Part shown: positions 37,543 to 48,179 of the stretch, in pieces | Numbering within the stretch: the first letter of the stretch is position 1 | Layout: each line of letters begins with the position of its first letter | Made by a program: the position numbers and the translations under genes | The notes under the pieces: model-generated | Databases searched by the model: none | Seen by the model: the letters and a program-made list of their open reading frames with translations, nothing else | What the model was told of the DNA's origin: nothing | Virus record (IMG/VR): IMGVR_UViG_3300033995_001164 | Span: 62,001-126,000 of that record | Reading direction: 5' to 3' (one strand) | DNA: 64,000 bases

Positions 37543-40500
37543 TTACTGAATATTTTGTTTTAAATTTATCTAAAGCACTCTCTCCTTTAACCGGACCAAA
37601 ATAAAATTGATATGGCGCGCCGACTAAAAATTTAGGATTTCTAACTAATGAAGCATTACTTGAATAATTACCATTATCATCCATCCCAAAAATATATCCT
37701 CGAGCCATTAAATCTTCACTACTAACGTCGACATTAGATGCCAAAAAATATTTAGTTGTTAAACTAGCTCTGTCTAATCCTTGGTAAGGGGTATTTTGGA
37801 TTATGTCTTCGGTGTCTGTTGCCCAATTATTATATTGACCTCCAAATAAATTTGACGAGGAATTGTTGACAGGAATATCAAGTTCCCATTGATAAAATGG
37901 TACAACTTGGGATTTAATCCCATAAGGGTAGGGGTAAAACCCAATATTGTCGTTACCTCTAAAATTAATCCTACCGGGAGTTAAATAATCCTTAGTTTGT
38001 AAATTTTCAGTTGTTGATGAAAACCATACTGCAATTGTTGGATTTTCTGAATTACCCAATATTGTTGTTGGTGGACCTCCTGTCGTTTCATAATATTCAG
38101 GTGAAAAATTAATATTACCAATTTCACAATTAATTGACATTAATTGAGCTAAATCCCCATCAATTCTACGGCGCCTACCTAAAATGTCATTGGTTTCATT
38201 ACGAGAAAATAACTGTTGTAATGAGTTATCTCCCAATGGTATTATTTGAGCCAAAAAACCTTCATCGGTAATCCGTGAAATAACAAATAAATTAATTAAA
38301 TCAGAGGTATCCCCATAACTAGTTGAATTAATATTAGGTAATATATACCCCTTAGTTGATGGGTCAAAAGTTATCTCAGAATAAAAATAATCTTTCATAC
38401 CTAAATTAATAATTGTTGTTGGGAACATTAAATTAACTACGTTAACTCCATAATCATTATTAGTCTTATTACCTACAAATCTATTACTAATGTAGTTGTA
38501 TGGACTACTTCTATAATAAAAATTATTAGTATCCTCATCAAAATAAGATAAATCCTTACAAAATTTTGGTGGTAAAGCTTTATTTTGACTATTATAAAAA
38601 GTGTCCACTTGAATCGGAAATGCGTAAAGAGAACCATTAATCCAATTATTCATAAACGATTGTGATAACACTCCTCGACATATTCCATAGAAAAATCTAA
38701 AACGAAACCCCCATTCAGCAAAACTTCCAATATCTTTTAACATATCAATTAAAGGTCGTCTCATAAACATATAACACCCATTTTCAACAGCATCATTATT
38801 TTCACAAGATTCGTTAATATCAAAATCGTCACCAAATCCTTTATAACAATTTAAACTAACCATACCTTCACAATCAAAACTTCGTAAAACAGTACTGTCA
38901 TTAGGTAATCCTGTTAAATCCGCAGTTACTTGGTCGGCACCTGTTGTATTACTTTGTGATGAAATAACACCTGATTCGGTATTAATTGAATAGATTCCAA
39001 AATTATTATTTTGTTGTAATAAAGAAGGGTTATTATCCCACGAACCACCATCTAAAAAGTCAGAACTAGGTAGCCTATCCGTCCTTAACACATTTTGTTG
39101 CGAAGAATTAATAGTCATTATATTTGTTTGGGTAAAAGTTTTTGTATAGTAAAAATAATTAAAAGACCCATATGAAAAAGAAAGACTATTTCCTAATTGG
39201 TCATTATAATCATTGGATGACATTGCGGCAACTCCAGATACATTTTCAGTATTATCATATTTTGAACTATCGGGTAGTGACAACCAAAACCCATTTGAGG
39301 TTGTTGATATCACTTTATTACCCGAAATTTGAAATTTTAATGGGGGTGTTAAGCTACTATCCAACGAACTATAATATCTTGTCGCTGTTGTTGTAAATCC
39401 CGAATATTTATTTCCCGGATTAAAAAAATATGATTGGTAAAACATACCGCTTTGGGTATAAGGTTGCACTGACAATGAAACATTGTCCAACTTTTGAATT
39501 GGAATATTAAGTCGTGTCGACGCAGTTACTGACCAATTTGAGTCATTTTCATTTGTCCCAAATAAACCTCCTAATTTGTATTCATTTAAATATAACGGGG
39601 AATAAGGGTCAACACCTCTTTGTAAAACTAAAATGTACTGAGATTCATAATCCTCCAAATAGTCAGTGGCGGTCATTGATACCACTGATTGAACCACACC
39701 AATGTTACCAGAAACTTTTTTATATTCAGTAATAACTGTTGGTGTTGATAATATATTTGGAAAAGATTGTGTTGTACCTGAATTCCATATCAATATCGCC
39801 TGAGAAACCGTAATTGCGGTTATAACTTGGTAATATTCAATATCAGAAGGAAATTTATAATTTGTTTCAGTTGAACCATAAGGTAAGATATAAGAGGTAC
39901 TTAAATTACTATTTTGGCTGCCGTCATTAGGGTTAGCATAAGATATGTTCACAATTGTTTGTCCACTACCATTATATGAACTACCACTAATCCCTGTAGT
40001 TATACCAGATATAGTATTAGCAGTATATAAATAATTTTTATCCTCCGAATTACTAAAATTAACAAAACTTAATAAATCCCCGGGATTATATTGTTCTTGA
40101 GATAAAACGGTAATTGAATTATCGTAATGATATTTTCCAACATTTTCATTCTTAGAAACAGTAACTTTAATCTTATTGACCCCCGTAAAATAATTTGACC
40201 TTTGATTAAACAAGTTAATCCTTTCTCCAATTGGTAAATTTTTACTTGCCAAAATACGCTCCCCATTAAGACTATACACGTTTGAAATTGGTAACTTATA
40301 TCGTTGATTATTTGAAACCGTACTAACACTACCATAACCCGCCAAAACTTGTGAATAAACATCACTTAATTGTTCCGCGGTATCAGTATCTCCCGAAAAT
40401 CTAATAGATTCCAACATCGCGGTATAGTTTTCTTGCAAAGACACATAAGTTAGAATTCCGGTACCATTTGGATTTCCTTCATTATACGTATTATTACTTT

Positions 40501-42280
40501 GAACTCCGGTCTCTTGTTTACAATCACAAGCCTGACAATCAGGGTATGTTATCATAGGTATCCTAAAAGTATAATCTCTTTTATCACATTTAATCCCTAA
40601 ACTACGACAAATCCAACTAAACCACCTTTTTCTAAATATTCGAATATTACAGATAGAACAAAGAGCACTAATCACTATATTATATAAAAATAAGACAATA
40701 TGCATCGCAATTAAAATACCAATAAATGCCGGTTGTATTATTGTAAAAATAATTGAAAATAAGAAAAATAGTAAATCGAAATTTCTAAACCCGTCATTAA
40801 CCGGAAATTTATTAACACTATTAGCACAATCATTATTATCAATTTCCTTAATCCCAATAAATTGACCTTTATTTCCTTTTTTGTATTGGTCAATTAATGA
40901 TGAAACCGTATAAACTTTATTGAATTGGAATTCATAAAATGTGTCCTCACAATTAATAGACTCATTAAGTTTGTCGATTTTTTCTTGAGAAGTGAAACCA
41001 TTAGTGTATCCACTCCAATCTAACCCAAAATAATATGAACTAGCCAGTTTTTCTCTATCAGCGGTTGTCCCCGAAAAATATGGGTCATTATTCTCGTTAA
41101 TCCACCCATATTCTTTAACATTCGGAACTAAATAATATGGTCGTCTTGTTTGTAATGTTAAATCATTTGGTTGTTGCCATTTAATTTTAAATCGATATTT
41201 CCCTTTAGTTGGAATACCTACGCTTGGGTCGTTGGATATAACTTTTTCCCCAAATTCATTAGTAATGAAATAATCCAAATTCATTGGCATTTCAGTTAAC
41301 CACACCCCATTACCGTCAATTATATTACCTGATTGTTCAAATTGATATTGTTCTAAAATAGGATTACCATCTGAATCTTGTTGTATTGTTTGTCTAATTC
41401 CTAAAATTTGCCCCGGGCCTGTAGTTAAATCACATAAGTTACCTAAATTATCTTTTGGTTTACAATTTTTCCTAACCCTAAAAGTATCAGGTGATGAAAA
41501 CATAGAACCCATAAAAACTGATGTCGGTTGTATATCAACATTTGCATCATTCCTAAGGTCAAAATCAACTCGATTAACTGCTATTTGACAAATATCAGGG
41601 TCACCCCATAATGGAGCAACTGATAAAGTTTTAGTTAATGTTATTATTTGAGGTAATGATGATAAATCAGTTGAAGTTTTAAATCGATTACCAGAAACTT
41701 GTGATTCGGTTGCTAATCCAGTTCTAATTAAATCTTGAGGTGTTAATGAGAACTCCCCAATATCAGATAAATCAACATCCATTACTAAAGTTTGGGAACC
41801 TAATGGTACTCCCATTATCATATAATCACCACTATCATTAGTTTTTGTGGTATACTTATAATATTTGTCGTAAATTTCAACAACAGTACTATCAATTAAT
41901 ACATCACTTCTTGTTGGTAAAGTACCTGTCGCTGCGTGAACAGAATATGATTTTTCGTAAGGTAATAAATTATATCGATACCCATCAGAATTTTTATCTG
42001 TTGGAGATTTATAAGGATATATACTTGAAATGATTGGATTAGACTCATCAATTGGCTCAACGGGAAGAAACACAGACACACGAGCATTTGGAATACCAAA
42101 TCCATTATTTGCTGTGACTCTTCCAACAACAACACCGTATTCCGAACAACTCCTACTATAAACGTCAGTTTGTTGTATTTTTAACGATAAGATTTCTAAA
42201 AACTCAAAATCTTGGTCTAACTGAACATTGATTGTTTTGTTTACTCCTAATTCGGTTCTAATTCTATATGACTGACCCAT
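37535..42280 (-). CDS. large structural protein with a carboxypeptidase-regulatory-like N-terminal domain and an internal hydrophobic hairpin
   Basis: GVVVGRVTANNGFGIPNARVSVF; hydrophobic stretch at ~40600-40780. Confidence 0.55.
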   Translation of the reverse strand: MGQSYRIRTELGVNKTINVQLDQDFEFLEILSLKIQQTDVYSRSCSEYGVVVGRVTANNGFGIPNARVSVFLPVEPIDESNPIISSIYPYKSPTDKNSDGYRYNLLPYEKSYSVHAATGTLPTRSDVLIDSTVVEIYDKYYKYTTKTNDSGDYMIMGVPLGSQTLVMDVDLSDIGEFSLTPQDLIRTGLATESQVSGNRFKTSTDLSSLPQIITLTKTLSVAPLWGDPDICQIAVNRVDFDLRNDANVDIQPTSVFMGSMFSSPDTFRVRKNCKPKDNLGNLCDLTTGPGQILGIRQTIQQDSDGNPILEQYQFEQSGNIIDGNGVWLTEMPMNLDYFITNEFGEKVISNDPSVGIPTKGKYRFKIKWQQPNDLTLQTRRPYYLVPNVKEYGWINENNDPYFSGTTADREKLASSYYFGLDWSGYTNGFTSQEKIDKLNESINCEDTFYEFQFNKVYTVSSLIDQYKKGNKGQFIGIKEIDNNDCANSVNKFPVNDGFRNFDLLFFLFSIIFTIIQPAFIGILIAMHIVLFLYNIVISALCSICNIRIFRKRWFSWICRSLGIKCDKRDYTFRIPMITYPDCQACDCKQETGVQSNNTYNEGNPNGTGILTYVSLQENYTAMLESIRFSGDTDTAEQLSDVYSQVLAGYGSVSTVSNNQRYKLPISNVYSLNGERILASKNLPIGERINLFNQRSNYFTGVNKIKVTVSKNENVGKYHYDNSITVLSQEQYNPGDLLSFVNFSNSEDKNYLYTANTISGITTGISGSSYNGSGQTIVNISYANPNDGSQNSNLSTSYILPYGSTETNYKFPSDIEYYQVITAITVSQAILIWNSGTTQSFPNILSTPTVITEYKKVSGNIGVVQSVVSMTATDYLEDYESQYILVLQRGVDPYSPLYLNEYKLGGLFGTNENDSNWSVTASTRLNIPIQKLDNVSLSVQPYTQSGMFYQSYFFNPGNKYSGFTTTATRYYSSLDSSLTPPLKFQISGNKVISTTSNGFWLSLPDSSKYDNTENVSGVAAMSSNDYNDQLGNSLSFSYGSFNYFYYTKTFTQTNIMTINSSQQNVLRTDRLPSSDFLDGGSWDNNPSLLQQNNNFGIYSINTESGVISSQSNTTGADQVTADLTGLPNDSTVLRSFDCEGMVSLNCYKGFGDDFDINESCENNDAVENGCYMFMRRPLIDMLKDIGSFAEWGFRFRFFYGICRGVLSQSFMNNWINGSLYAFPIQVDTFYNSQNKALPPKFCKDLSYFDEDTNNFYYRSSPYNYISNRFVGNKTNNDYGVNVVNLMFPTTIINLGMKDYFYSEITFDPSTKGYILPNINSTSYGDTSDLINLFVISRITDEGFLAQIIPLGDNSLQQLFSRNETNDILGRRRRIDGDLAQLMSINCEIGNINFSPEYYETTGGPPTTILGNSENPTIAVWFSSTTENLQTKDYLTPGRINFRGNDNIGFYPYPYGIKSQVVPFYQWELDIPVNNSSSNLFGGQYNNWATDTEDIIQNTPYQGLDRASLTTKYFLASNVDVSSEDLMARGYIFGMDDNGNYSSNASLVRNPKFLVGAPYQFYFGPVKGESALDKFKTKYSVNE

Positions 42281-42375
42281 TCAATTCTTTTAATTTATAA
42301 ATAGTTTATGAGTGATTTTTCAAAGAAATACACACCATATTTAATTATAAACTAGTTGTCACAGAAATAAACCTG

Positions 42376-44214
42376 TTAAGAGAATGTAACTGATTGGAAA
42401 TTTTTAACGGACACTTTAATATCTTTATTAGGGTATCTAACTTGGTACACTTGTGATGGTTGAGCAAAAATAGTATCATCAACAGTTGAAATTTCTTTTG
42501 TCTCAGCGTCAACATATTCCATGGATGTTTCCGCGGAAGAATATTGACCCCCAACATTATTAAATACATTTACCCCAACTACTGTTAATACACCATTTTG
42601 ATTTTGGATAATACTTTTCAATTCAGATAAATAAACATTTTGACCTAATTCCCGTGTTTGAGGATTGAAATATGTTGAAATTCTATCAACGACATCCGCA
42701 ATAACTTGACCGGAATTTTGAGCAGAATCTAAAACAATTTGAACATTAATACTTAAATCAATAACCTGAGCAGTTAAAATTGAAATATAATCGTTTATCA
42801 TTCTATAATTCGACAAATAATTAGCAACATTTTGTCTTAATGTATCTGAAACAATACTTGTTAGTTTTCCTGAAGTATCGTAGGATAATAACTGAATCAA
42901 TATCTTATTGTTATTTTCAGTAATTGAAACTTTTGCAGGCGCCCCAAATTCTGCCGGCATATTTCGAATAATTGACTCGTAATCCTGTACTGTAACCGCT
43001 CTTTTTTGAGCCGAAAAGTTAAACGATACATAATTCCTAATTTCTTCTAATGATGGTACACCAGCACCTCCAATGGCTGCAGTAACATTGGTACATCTTA
43101 ATGAATTCACAACAGATGAGTTAGTTAATTCAGATGGTCCATTAACAAAGAAATTTACTGTACCAATTTGATTAATAACATTTGTTCCCAAGTTTGTCGC
43201 CAAACCACCACCCACTCTATATTGAATGAACAAGGTCGAGTTTGGAGTTAAAGCAGAACCCAATGAAAAGTTATTTGAATATCTTTGTAAATCAATTGTT
43301 GCACCAACCGTGGTAAATTGGTCTAAAGAATCTTGTGCTGTATTTGTACCACCACCAAATGTCATCTTTTTAAAACCTTCCGGAGTGTATTCCGTTATAA
43401 ATCTATTAGATGTCTGAATATATTTTCCAACCTTAATACCCGGTTGGTCTGACACTTTTGTTGGGTCTTCAATGAATACTCGGTCTTCCGCAAGTGCATC
43501 GACTTCATACCATTTATTTGATACCCCCAAAAATTCAGCAGTTGATGGGACATTTGTATATTCAGTACCACTTTTTAATAATACATTAGTAATCCCTAAT
43601 ACATTTTTCTCAGGTAAGAATAATTCGAAGAATGGTTTAACATCATTTGGTGTGATGACTCTTTTAAACACTTTTGTTATACCATTAACAACTAATTCTC
43701 TTTTTGTAATCGTATAATTAATTAAGACATTATTTGCATTAAAATTTGGTATTTTTAAACGATTTGGGAATCCTTGAGCATTATATGGTGAAGTAAAATC
43801 TACATCATAGATGTTTTCAAAGACTATTCCGGCTCCGACAACTTGAGACCCTCTTGTTAATGTTCCTAAGTATCTTTCATCTTCTTTGTCCCCAAACGCA
43901 GGAACGGTTATTGAAAAATCAACTAAAGACACTGATGGTCTTTGTCCCGGTAATTTTAACCCATAGGTTCTAGCAATATTATAAATTGAAGACCTTTGTT
44001 GAGCATACTGTAAAACAGTTTCCTGAATACTTCTATCAATATGATAATGTAAATTGTCCGCTACCGCAGCATTCAAATCTAAGAATACCGAGAATACAGA
44101 AGCATCATTAAAGTCCTGTATTAATTCAGGGTAATAAGTCCTTACATAGTTTAATAATTCAGTTCTTATTCCTTGATAATCTCTGGTAGTATAAGATATA
44201 TTACGATTTGCCAT
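42376..44214 (-). CDS. baseplate wedge subunit (T4 gp6 / baseplate J-like)
   Basis: YTTRDYQGIRTELL...DFNDAS; GGAGVPSLEEIR...RAVTVQDY. Confidence 0.85.
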   Translation of the reverse strand: MANRNISYTTRDYQGIRTELLNYVRTYYPELIQDFNDASVFSVFLDLNAAVADNLHYHIDRSIQETVLQYAQQRSSIYNIARTYGLKLPGQRPSVSLVDFSITVPAFGDKEDERYLGTLTRGSQVVGAGIVFENIYDVDFTSPYNAQGFPNRLKIPNFNANNVLINYTITKRELVVNGITKVFKRVITPNDVKPFFELFLPEKNVLGITNVLLKSGTEYTNVPSTAEFLGVSNKWYEVDALAEDRVFIEDPTKVSDQPGIKVGKYIQTSNRFITEYTPEGFKKMTFGGGTNTAQDSLDQFTTVGATIDLQRYSNNFSLGSALTPNSTLFIQYRVGGGLATNLGTNVINQIGTVNFFVNGPSELTNSSVVNSLRCTNVTAAIGGAGVPSLEEIRNYVSFNFSAQKRAVTVQDYESIIRNMPAEFGAPAKVSITENNNKILIQLLSYDTSGKLTSIVSDTLRQNVANYLSNYRMINDYISILTAQVIDLSINVQIVLDSAQNSGQVIADVVDRISTYFNPQTRELGQNVYLSELKSIIQNQNGVLTVVGVNVFNNVGGQYSSAETSMEYVDAETKEISTVDDTIFAQPSQVYQVRYPNKDIKVSVKNFQSVTFS

Positions 44215-44220
44215 ATGATA

Positions 44221-44691
44221 TTAAATATTAATTATAACAAAATCACTCGGACCAAAAGTTGTATTATTGGTCGAGTAATCTATTTTTATTTTTGCGGTAT
44301 ATTCTGAAGTTCCTTTACCGGGGAATCTATAAATTGACGATTCACTAGAACCAACAGTTGCAGTTCCTGTTGCTAAATCAACTTCTTCCATTGGGTCTGC
44401 GGGACTTATAGTTATTTGGTTTAATAATAAATTAGGCATAAAAGTACCGACAGCATCTCGAATGTCTGATTCAATGGCGTCAAATGTTAATCCATCGAAC
44501 GGTTCAAATAAAAACTCATAGAGTCTTGTTCCAAAAGTTGGTAAATAATATCTTGACCCTTTACGGGTTAGAAGTAAGTGAATTAAATCGGCTTTAATTT
44601 CCTGCGACTCATACTCAGTAAGTTGTAGATAATCCCCTTTTACAGAATCTCTGAAAGGAAAATTAATACCATATGTTGTTCCATCTGCCAT
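44221..44691 (-). CDS. baseplate gp25/GPW-like protein
   Basis: IKADLIHLLLTRKGSRYYLPTFGTRLYEFLFEP. Confidence 0.85.
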   Translation of the reverse strand: MADGTTYGINFPFRDSVKGDYLQLTEYESQEIKADLIHLLLTRKGSRYYLPTFGTRLYEFLFEPFDGLTFDAIESDIRDAVGTFMPNLLLNQITISPADPMEEVDLATGTATVGSSESSIYRFPGKGTSEYTAKIKIDYSTNNTTFGPSDFVIINI

Positions 44692-44732
44692 ATCTATAAT
44701 TATAGTCTTGTGATTATTTCTTATAAATACCT

Positions 44733-44763
44733 AAAAATAAAAAATCCCGACATTGCCGGGATT
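44733..44763 (-). terminator. intrinsic terminator after nrdA
   Basis: AATCCCG-7nt-CGGGATT stem followed by a T-tract on the minus strand; TATTTATA follows at 44722-44729. Confidence 0.75.
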
Positions 44764-44782
44764 ATTATATGTATTCATTTTA

Positions 44783-47209
44783 TTATGAACCACAACCAAA
44801 ACATTCAAATTCAGAATCAGTTGGTTTAACAACTTCTTCAATTAAATTTATTTTTGGTTTATCGACTTTAACTATTGGTTGTTGTACTTTTGAAATATCA
44901 ACCGCTAAGTGTTTAGCTCCGGTTGAAATTGCTTTAGTTCTAACATAATAACAAAGAGTTTTTAACCCTTTACCCCAAGAATGAAAATGGGATGATGAAA
45001 TTTTTGATAATGTTGGTTCAGACATGTAGATATTCATTGACTGTGATTGGTCTATAAATGGTGCTCGGTCAGCTGACATATCAATCAGTTCTCTTTGAGA
45101 GATTTCCCAAATTGTTTTATATTTTGGTATTAAATGTTCAATCCTTTTAACTTTTTTATTGTAATTCTTATCTTCATTATCTAAATAATGATTAAAGTTA
45201 ATATTTTGAATCGAACCTTCATTCATAATAATTTCATTTTTTAAATCTTCACACCAAACACCTAATTTTTCAAAATCATTAATTAAATATTTATTAACAA
45301 TTAAAATTTCCCCACCAACTACACGACGATTAAATAACGCTGAGTGAGCCGGTTCTGTCATTTCAAATGAACCTGTAATTTTAGCTGAAGACGCAACGGG
45401 CATTTGAGCGGTAAATAATGAATTACAAACACCATATTTTGAAACATTATCTTTCAATCCATTCCAATCCCAACGACCTGATAAATTATCTTCAGTCATT
45501 CCCCACATATTAAATTGGAATACTCCTTGAGACATCGGTGAACCTTCAAAAAACTTATATGGTTGGAATAAACCTTCTTGACATAGAAAACTACTTTCAG
45601 AGATTGCCGCGAAATAGATTGTTTCAAAAATATCTTTATTAAGTTTTTTCGCTTCTTCAGATGTAAAAATATAATCCATTAAAAAAAAGACATCTGCAAG
45701 ACCTTGAGTTCCAATTGCTATTGCTCTTTGTTCTAACCCTCCTTTTCTTCCTTGTTCAGTTGAATAACTATTGATGTCCACAACTTTATTAAGTGCTCTA
45801 ACAACCTTTCTAACCTCACTGTAAAGTAAGTTGAAGTCGAACTCACCTTTTATAATGAAGTTCTTCAACACCATAGATGATAATGTACAGATTGCGGTAG
45901 TGTTCTCATCTGTATATTGGTAAATCTCATTACATAGGTTAGATTGTTTAATCACTCCAATGTTTTGATGGTTTGTCTTTCTGTTAGCACTATCTTTAGA
46001 ACATAAGTAAGGAACCCCGGTTTCAACTTGAGATTCAATAATCTTATTCCAAATTGTCTGAGCTTTCACTTTCTTACCTAAACCAAGTTCAACCGCCTTA
46101 TCGTAATTTGATTCATACTCATCACCATAAGCTTCCTGTAATGGTTTAATACCCGCTTTAATAATGTCGTTAGGACAGAATAAATACCAGTCATCGTTGT
46201 TCTTAACTGCGTTCATAAAATTGTCCGGTAACCAAATTGAGGTAAATAAATCTTTTGCTCTCAATTCCTCAGCACCTGTATTTTTTTTGATTTCAAGTAA
46301 GTCCATTATGTCTTTATGCCAAGGTTCTATGTAGATAGCAGCACTACCCGGTCTTCTACCTTGTTGATTAAAGAATCTCAACCCTTCATTAACAATTTTC
46401 AAATATTTTAATAATCCACCCGCAAATCCTCCTGACGAATTAATACGACTTTCTTTACTACGAATGTTAGACATTGATAATCCAATTCCTGCTGCGTCTG
46501 ACGAATAAGTCGAAATATCATTGAATGTTTGTAATAACCCTTCTCTTGAATCCCCATTATTATATTTCAACACGCAAGACGCCAATTGAGGTGTTTTAGT
46601 ACCCGCATTAATCATGATTGGAGTCGCAGGAGAAATAAGTTGGTTTGATAATGAATTGTAATATTCAACCGCCTCTTCAAAAGATTTAGTAACCCATAAT
46701 GCGACCCTCATATACATATGTTGCGGTCTTTCAATTACAACACCTTTCGGAGTCTTCAACAAATACATTTCCTGTAATGATTTCCACGCAAAATAATCAA
46801 AATTATAATCATTATCGTGATTTATTACAGAATCAATATCTCCCCACCCATATTCGTTAATTGTATCAATTAATATGTCATTAATAACACCATCCTCGTG
46901 TAAACGTTTCATAGTATTACAAAAACTACTATCAGTGTCTTTATGATATGCCGAAATAGCAACTGAAGAAGCCAATCTTGAGTAATCGTGATGACTACCA
47001 GTGTAAGCCGCCGCAATCTCATAAACCAATTTATCTAACTCTTTAGTCGTAATAAATCCTTCAGTCGGAACCGAGGTAATTACCTTAATAAAAATTTCAT
47101 CTGAATTAACATTTAAACCTTTTGCCGCTCGTTTAACCCTATTATAAATTTTTTGAGGGTTAAATGAAACTTCATCTCCCCCTCTTTTTTTAATCTTTAA
47201 TGACATCAT
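44783..47209 (-). CDS. nrdA: ribonucleotide reductase class I alpha subunit with ATP cone
   Basis: N-terminal ATP cone; SPATP, QLASC, SNLCNE and TAQMPVASS; C-terminal CFGC. Confidence 0.95.
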   Translation of the reverse strand: MMSLKIKKRGGDEVSFNPQKIYNRVKRAAKGLNVNSDEIFIKVITSVPTEGFITTKELDKLVYEIAAAYTGSHHDYSRLASSVAISAYHKDTDSSFCNTMKRLHEDGVINDILIDTINEYGWGDIDSVINHDNDYNFDYFAWKSLQEMYLLKTPKGVVIERPQHMYMRVALWVTKSFEEAVEYYNSLSNQLISPATPIMINAGTKTPQLASCVLKYNNGDSREGLLQTFNDISTYSSDAAGIGLSMSNIRSKESRINSSGGFAGGLLKYLKIVNEGLRFFNQQGRRPGSAAIYIEPWHKDIMDLLEIKKNTGAEELRAKDLFTSIWLPDNFMNAVKNNDDWYLFCPNDIIKAGIKPLQEAYGDEYESNYDKAVELGLGKKVKAQTIWNKIIESQVETGVPYLCSKDSANRKTNHQNIGVIKQSNLCNEIYQYTDENTTAICTLSSMVLKNFIIKGEFDFNLLYSEVRKVVRALNKVVDINSYSTEQGRKGGLEQRAIAIGTQGLADVFFLMDYIFTSEEAKKLNKDIFETIYFAAISESSFLCQEGLFQPYKFFEGSPMSQGVFQFNMWGMTEDNLSGRWDWNGLKDNVSKYGVCNSLFTAQMPVASSAKITGSFEMTEPAHSALFNRRVVGGEILIVNKYLINDFEKLGVWCEDLKNEIIMNEGSIQNINFNHYLDNEDKNYNKKVKRIEHLIPKYKTIWEISQRELIDMSADRAPFIDQSQSMNIYMSEPTLSKISSSHFHSWGKGLKTLCYYVRTKAISTGAKHLAVDISKVQQPIVKVDKPKINLIEEVVKPTDSEFECFGCGS

Positions 47210-47221
47210 ATTGTTTTTATT

Positions 47222-48172
47222 TTAGAAATCCTCCGTAAATGTTAATGATTCCCCTAATTTAGCTTTTTGATATTCCATTGTTCTTGATTCAAAGAAATTA
47301 CCTTTTGTTTCAACAGCAATTTGTTCCATAAATTTAAATGGTTGTTCAACATTAAAATGTTTTTTACATCCAAATTTAACTAACAATCCATCAGTAACAA
47401 ATTCAAGGTATTGTTTCATTAAGTTCGAATTCATACCAATTAAAGATACTGGTAATGATTCAGTAATAAACTCTTTTTCAATTTCTAACGCAGATAATAA
47501 GATTTCTTTAATTCTTTTTTCAGTTGGTTTGTTCTCCACATGATTGTTAATTAAGTGAATCGCAAAATCACAATGTAAGTTCTCATCTTTAAAGATAAGA
47601 CTATTAGCATTACATAATCCCTGCATAATTCCTCTCGATTTCATCCAAAAGATAGAACAAAACGAACCGGAAAAGAATATACCCTCAACAGCCGCAAATG
47701 CAACTAATCTTTCTTGGAATGAAGCATTCTCAATCCAATCAAGCGCCCATTTAGCTTTCTTTTGAACTGCCGGTAGTCTATCAATTGCATGGAAGCATTC
47801 ATCTTTTTCTTTGTCGTCAGACACATAAGTATCTATCAATAAAGAATACATTAATGAGTGAATATTCTCCATCATAATTTGGAATCCGTAGAAGAATTTC
47901 GCCTCAGCATATTGAACTTCTTTTAAGAAATTTTCTGCCAAGTTTTCATTTACGATACCATCAGAGGCAGCAAAGAACGCTAATATATTTTTAAGGAAAT
48001 ATCTTTCATTATCCGATAGATTTTCCCAATCTCTAATATCGTTAGATAAATCCACTTCTTCTGCCGTCCAAAACGCGGCTTGGTGTTGTTTATAATATTC
48101 CCAAATATCATTATGTTCTATTGGGAAAATGACAAATCGGTCATTATTTGGTTCTAATATTTTTTCTTTCAT
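47222..48172 (-). CDS. nrdB: ribonucleotide reductase class I beta subunit
   Basis: [43 protein letters not shown] and NFFE. Confidence 0.95.
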   Translation of the reverse strand: MKEKILEPNNDRFVIFPIEHNDIWEYYKQHQAAFWTAEEVDLSNDIRDWENLSDNERYFLKNILAFFAASDGIVNENLAENFLKEVQYAEAKFFYGFQIMMENIHSLMYSLLIDTYVSDDKEKDECFHAIDRLPAVQKKAKWALDWIENASFQERLVAFAAVEGIFFSGSFCSIFWMKSRGIMQGLCNANSLIFKDENLHCDFAIHLINNHVENKPTEKRIKEILLSALEIEKEFITESLPVSLIGMNSNLMKQYLEFVTDGLLVKFGCKKHFNVEQPFKFMEQIAVETKGNFFESRTMEYQKAKLGESLTFTEDF

Positions 48173-48179
48173 TTTTTTT

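Noticed and set aside
44783-48172. Intron or intein in nrdA/nrdB
   Set aside because: Both are continuous, of normal length, with all motifs in order
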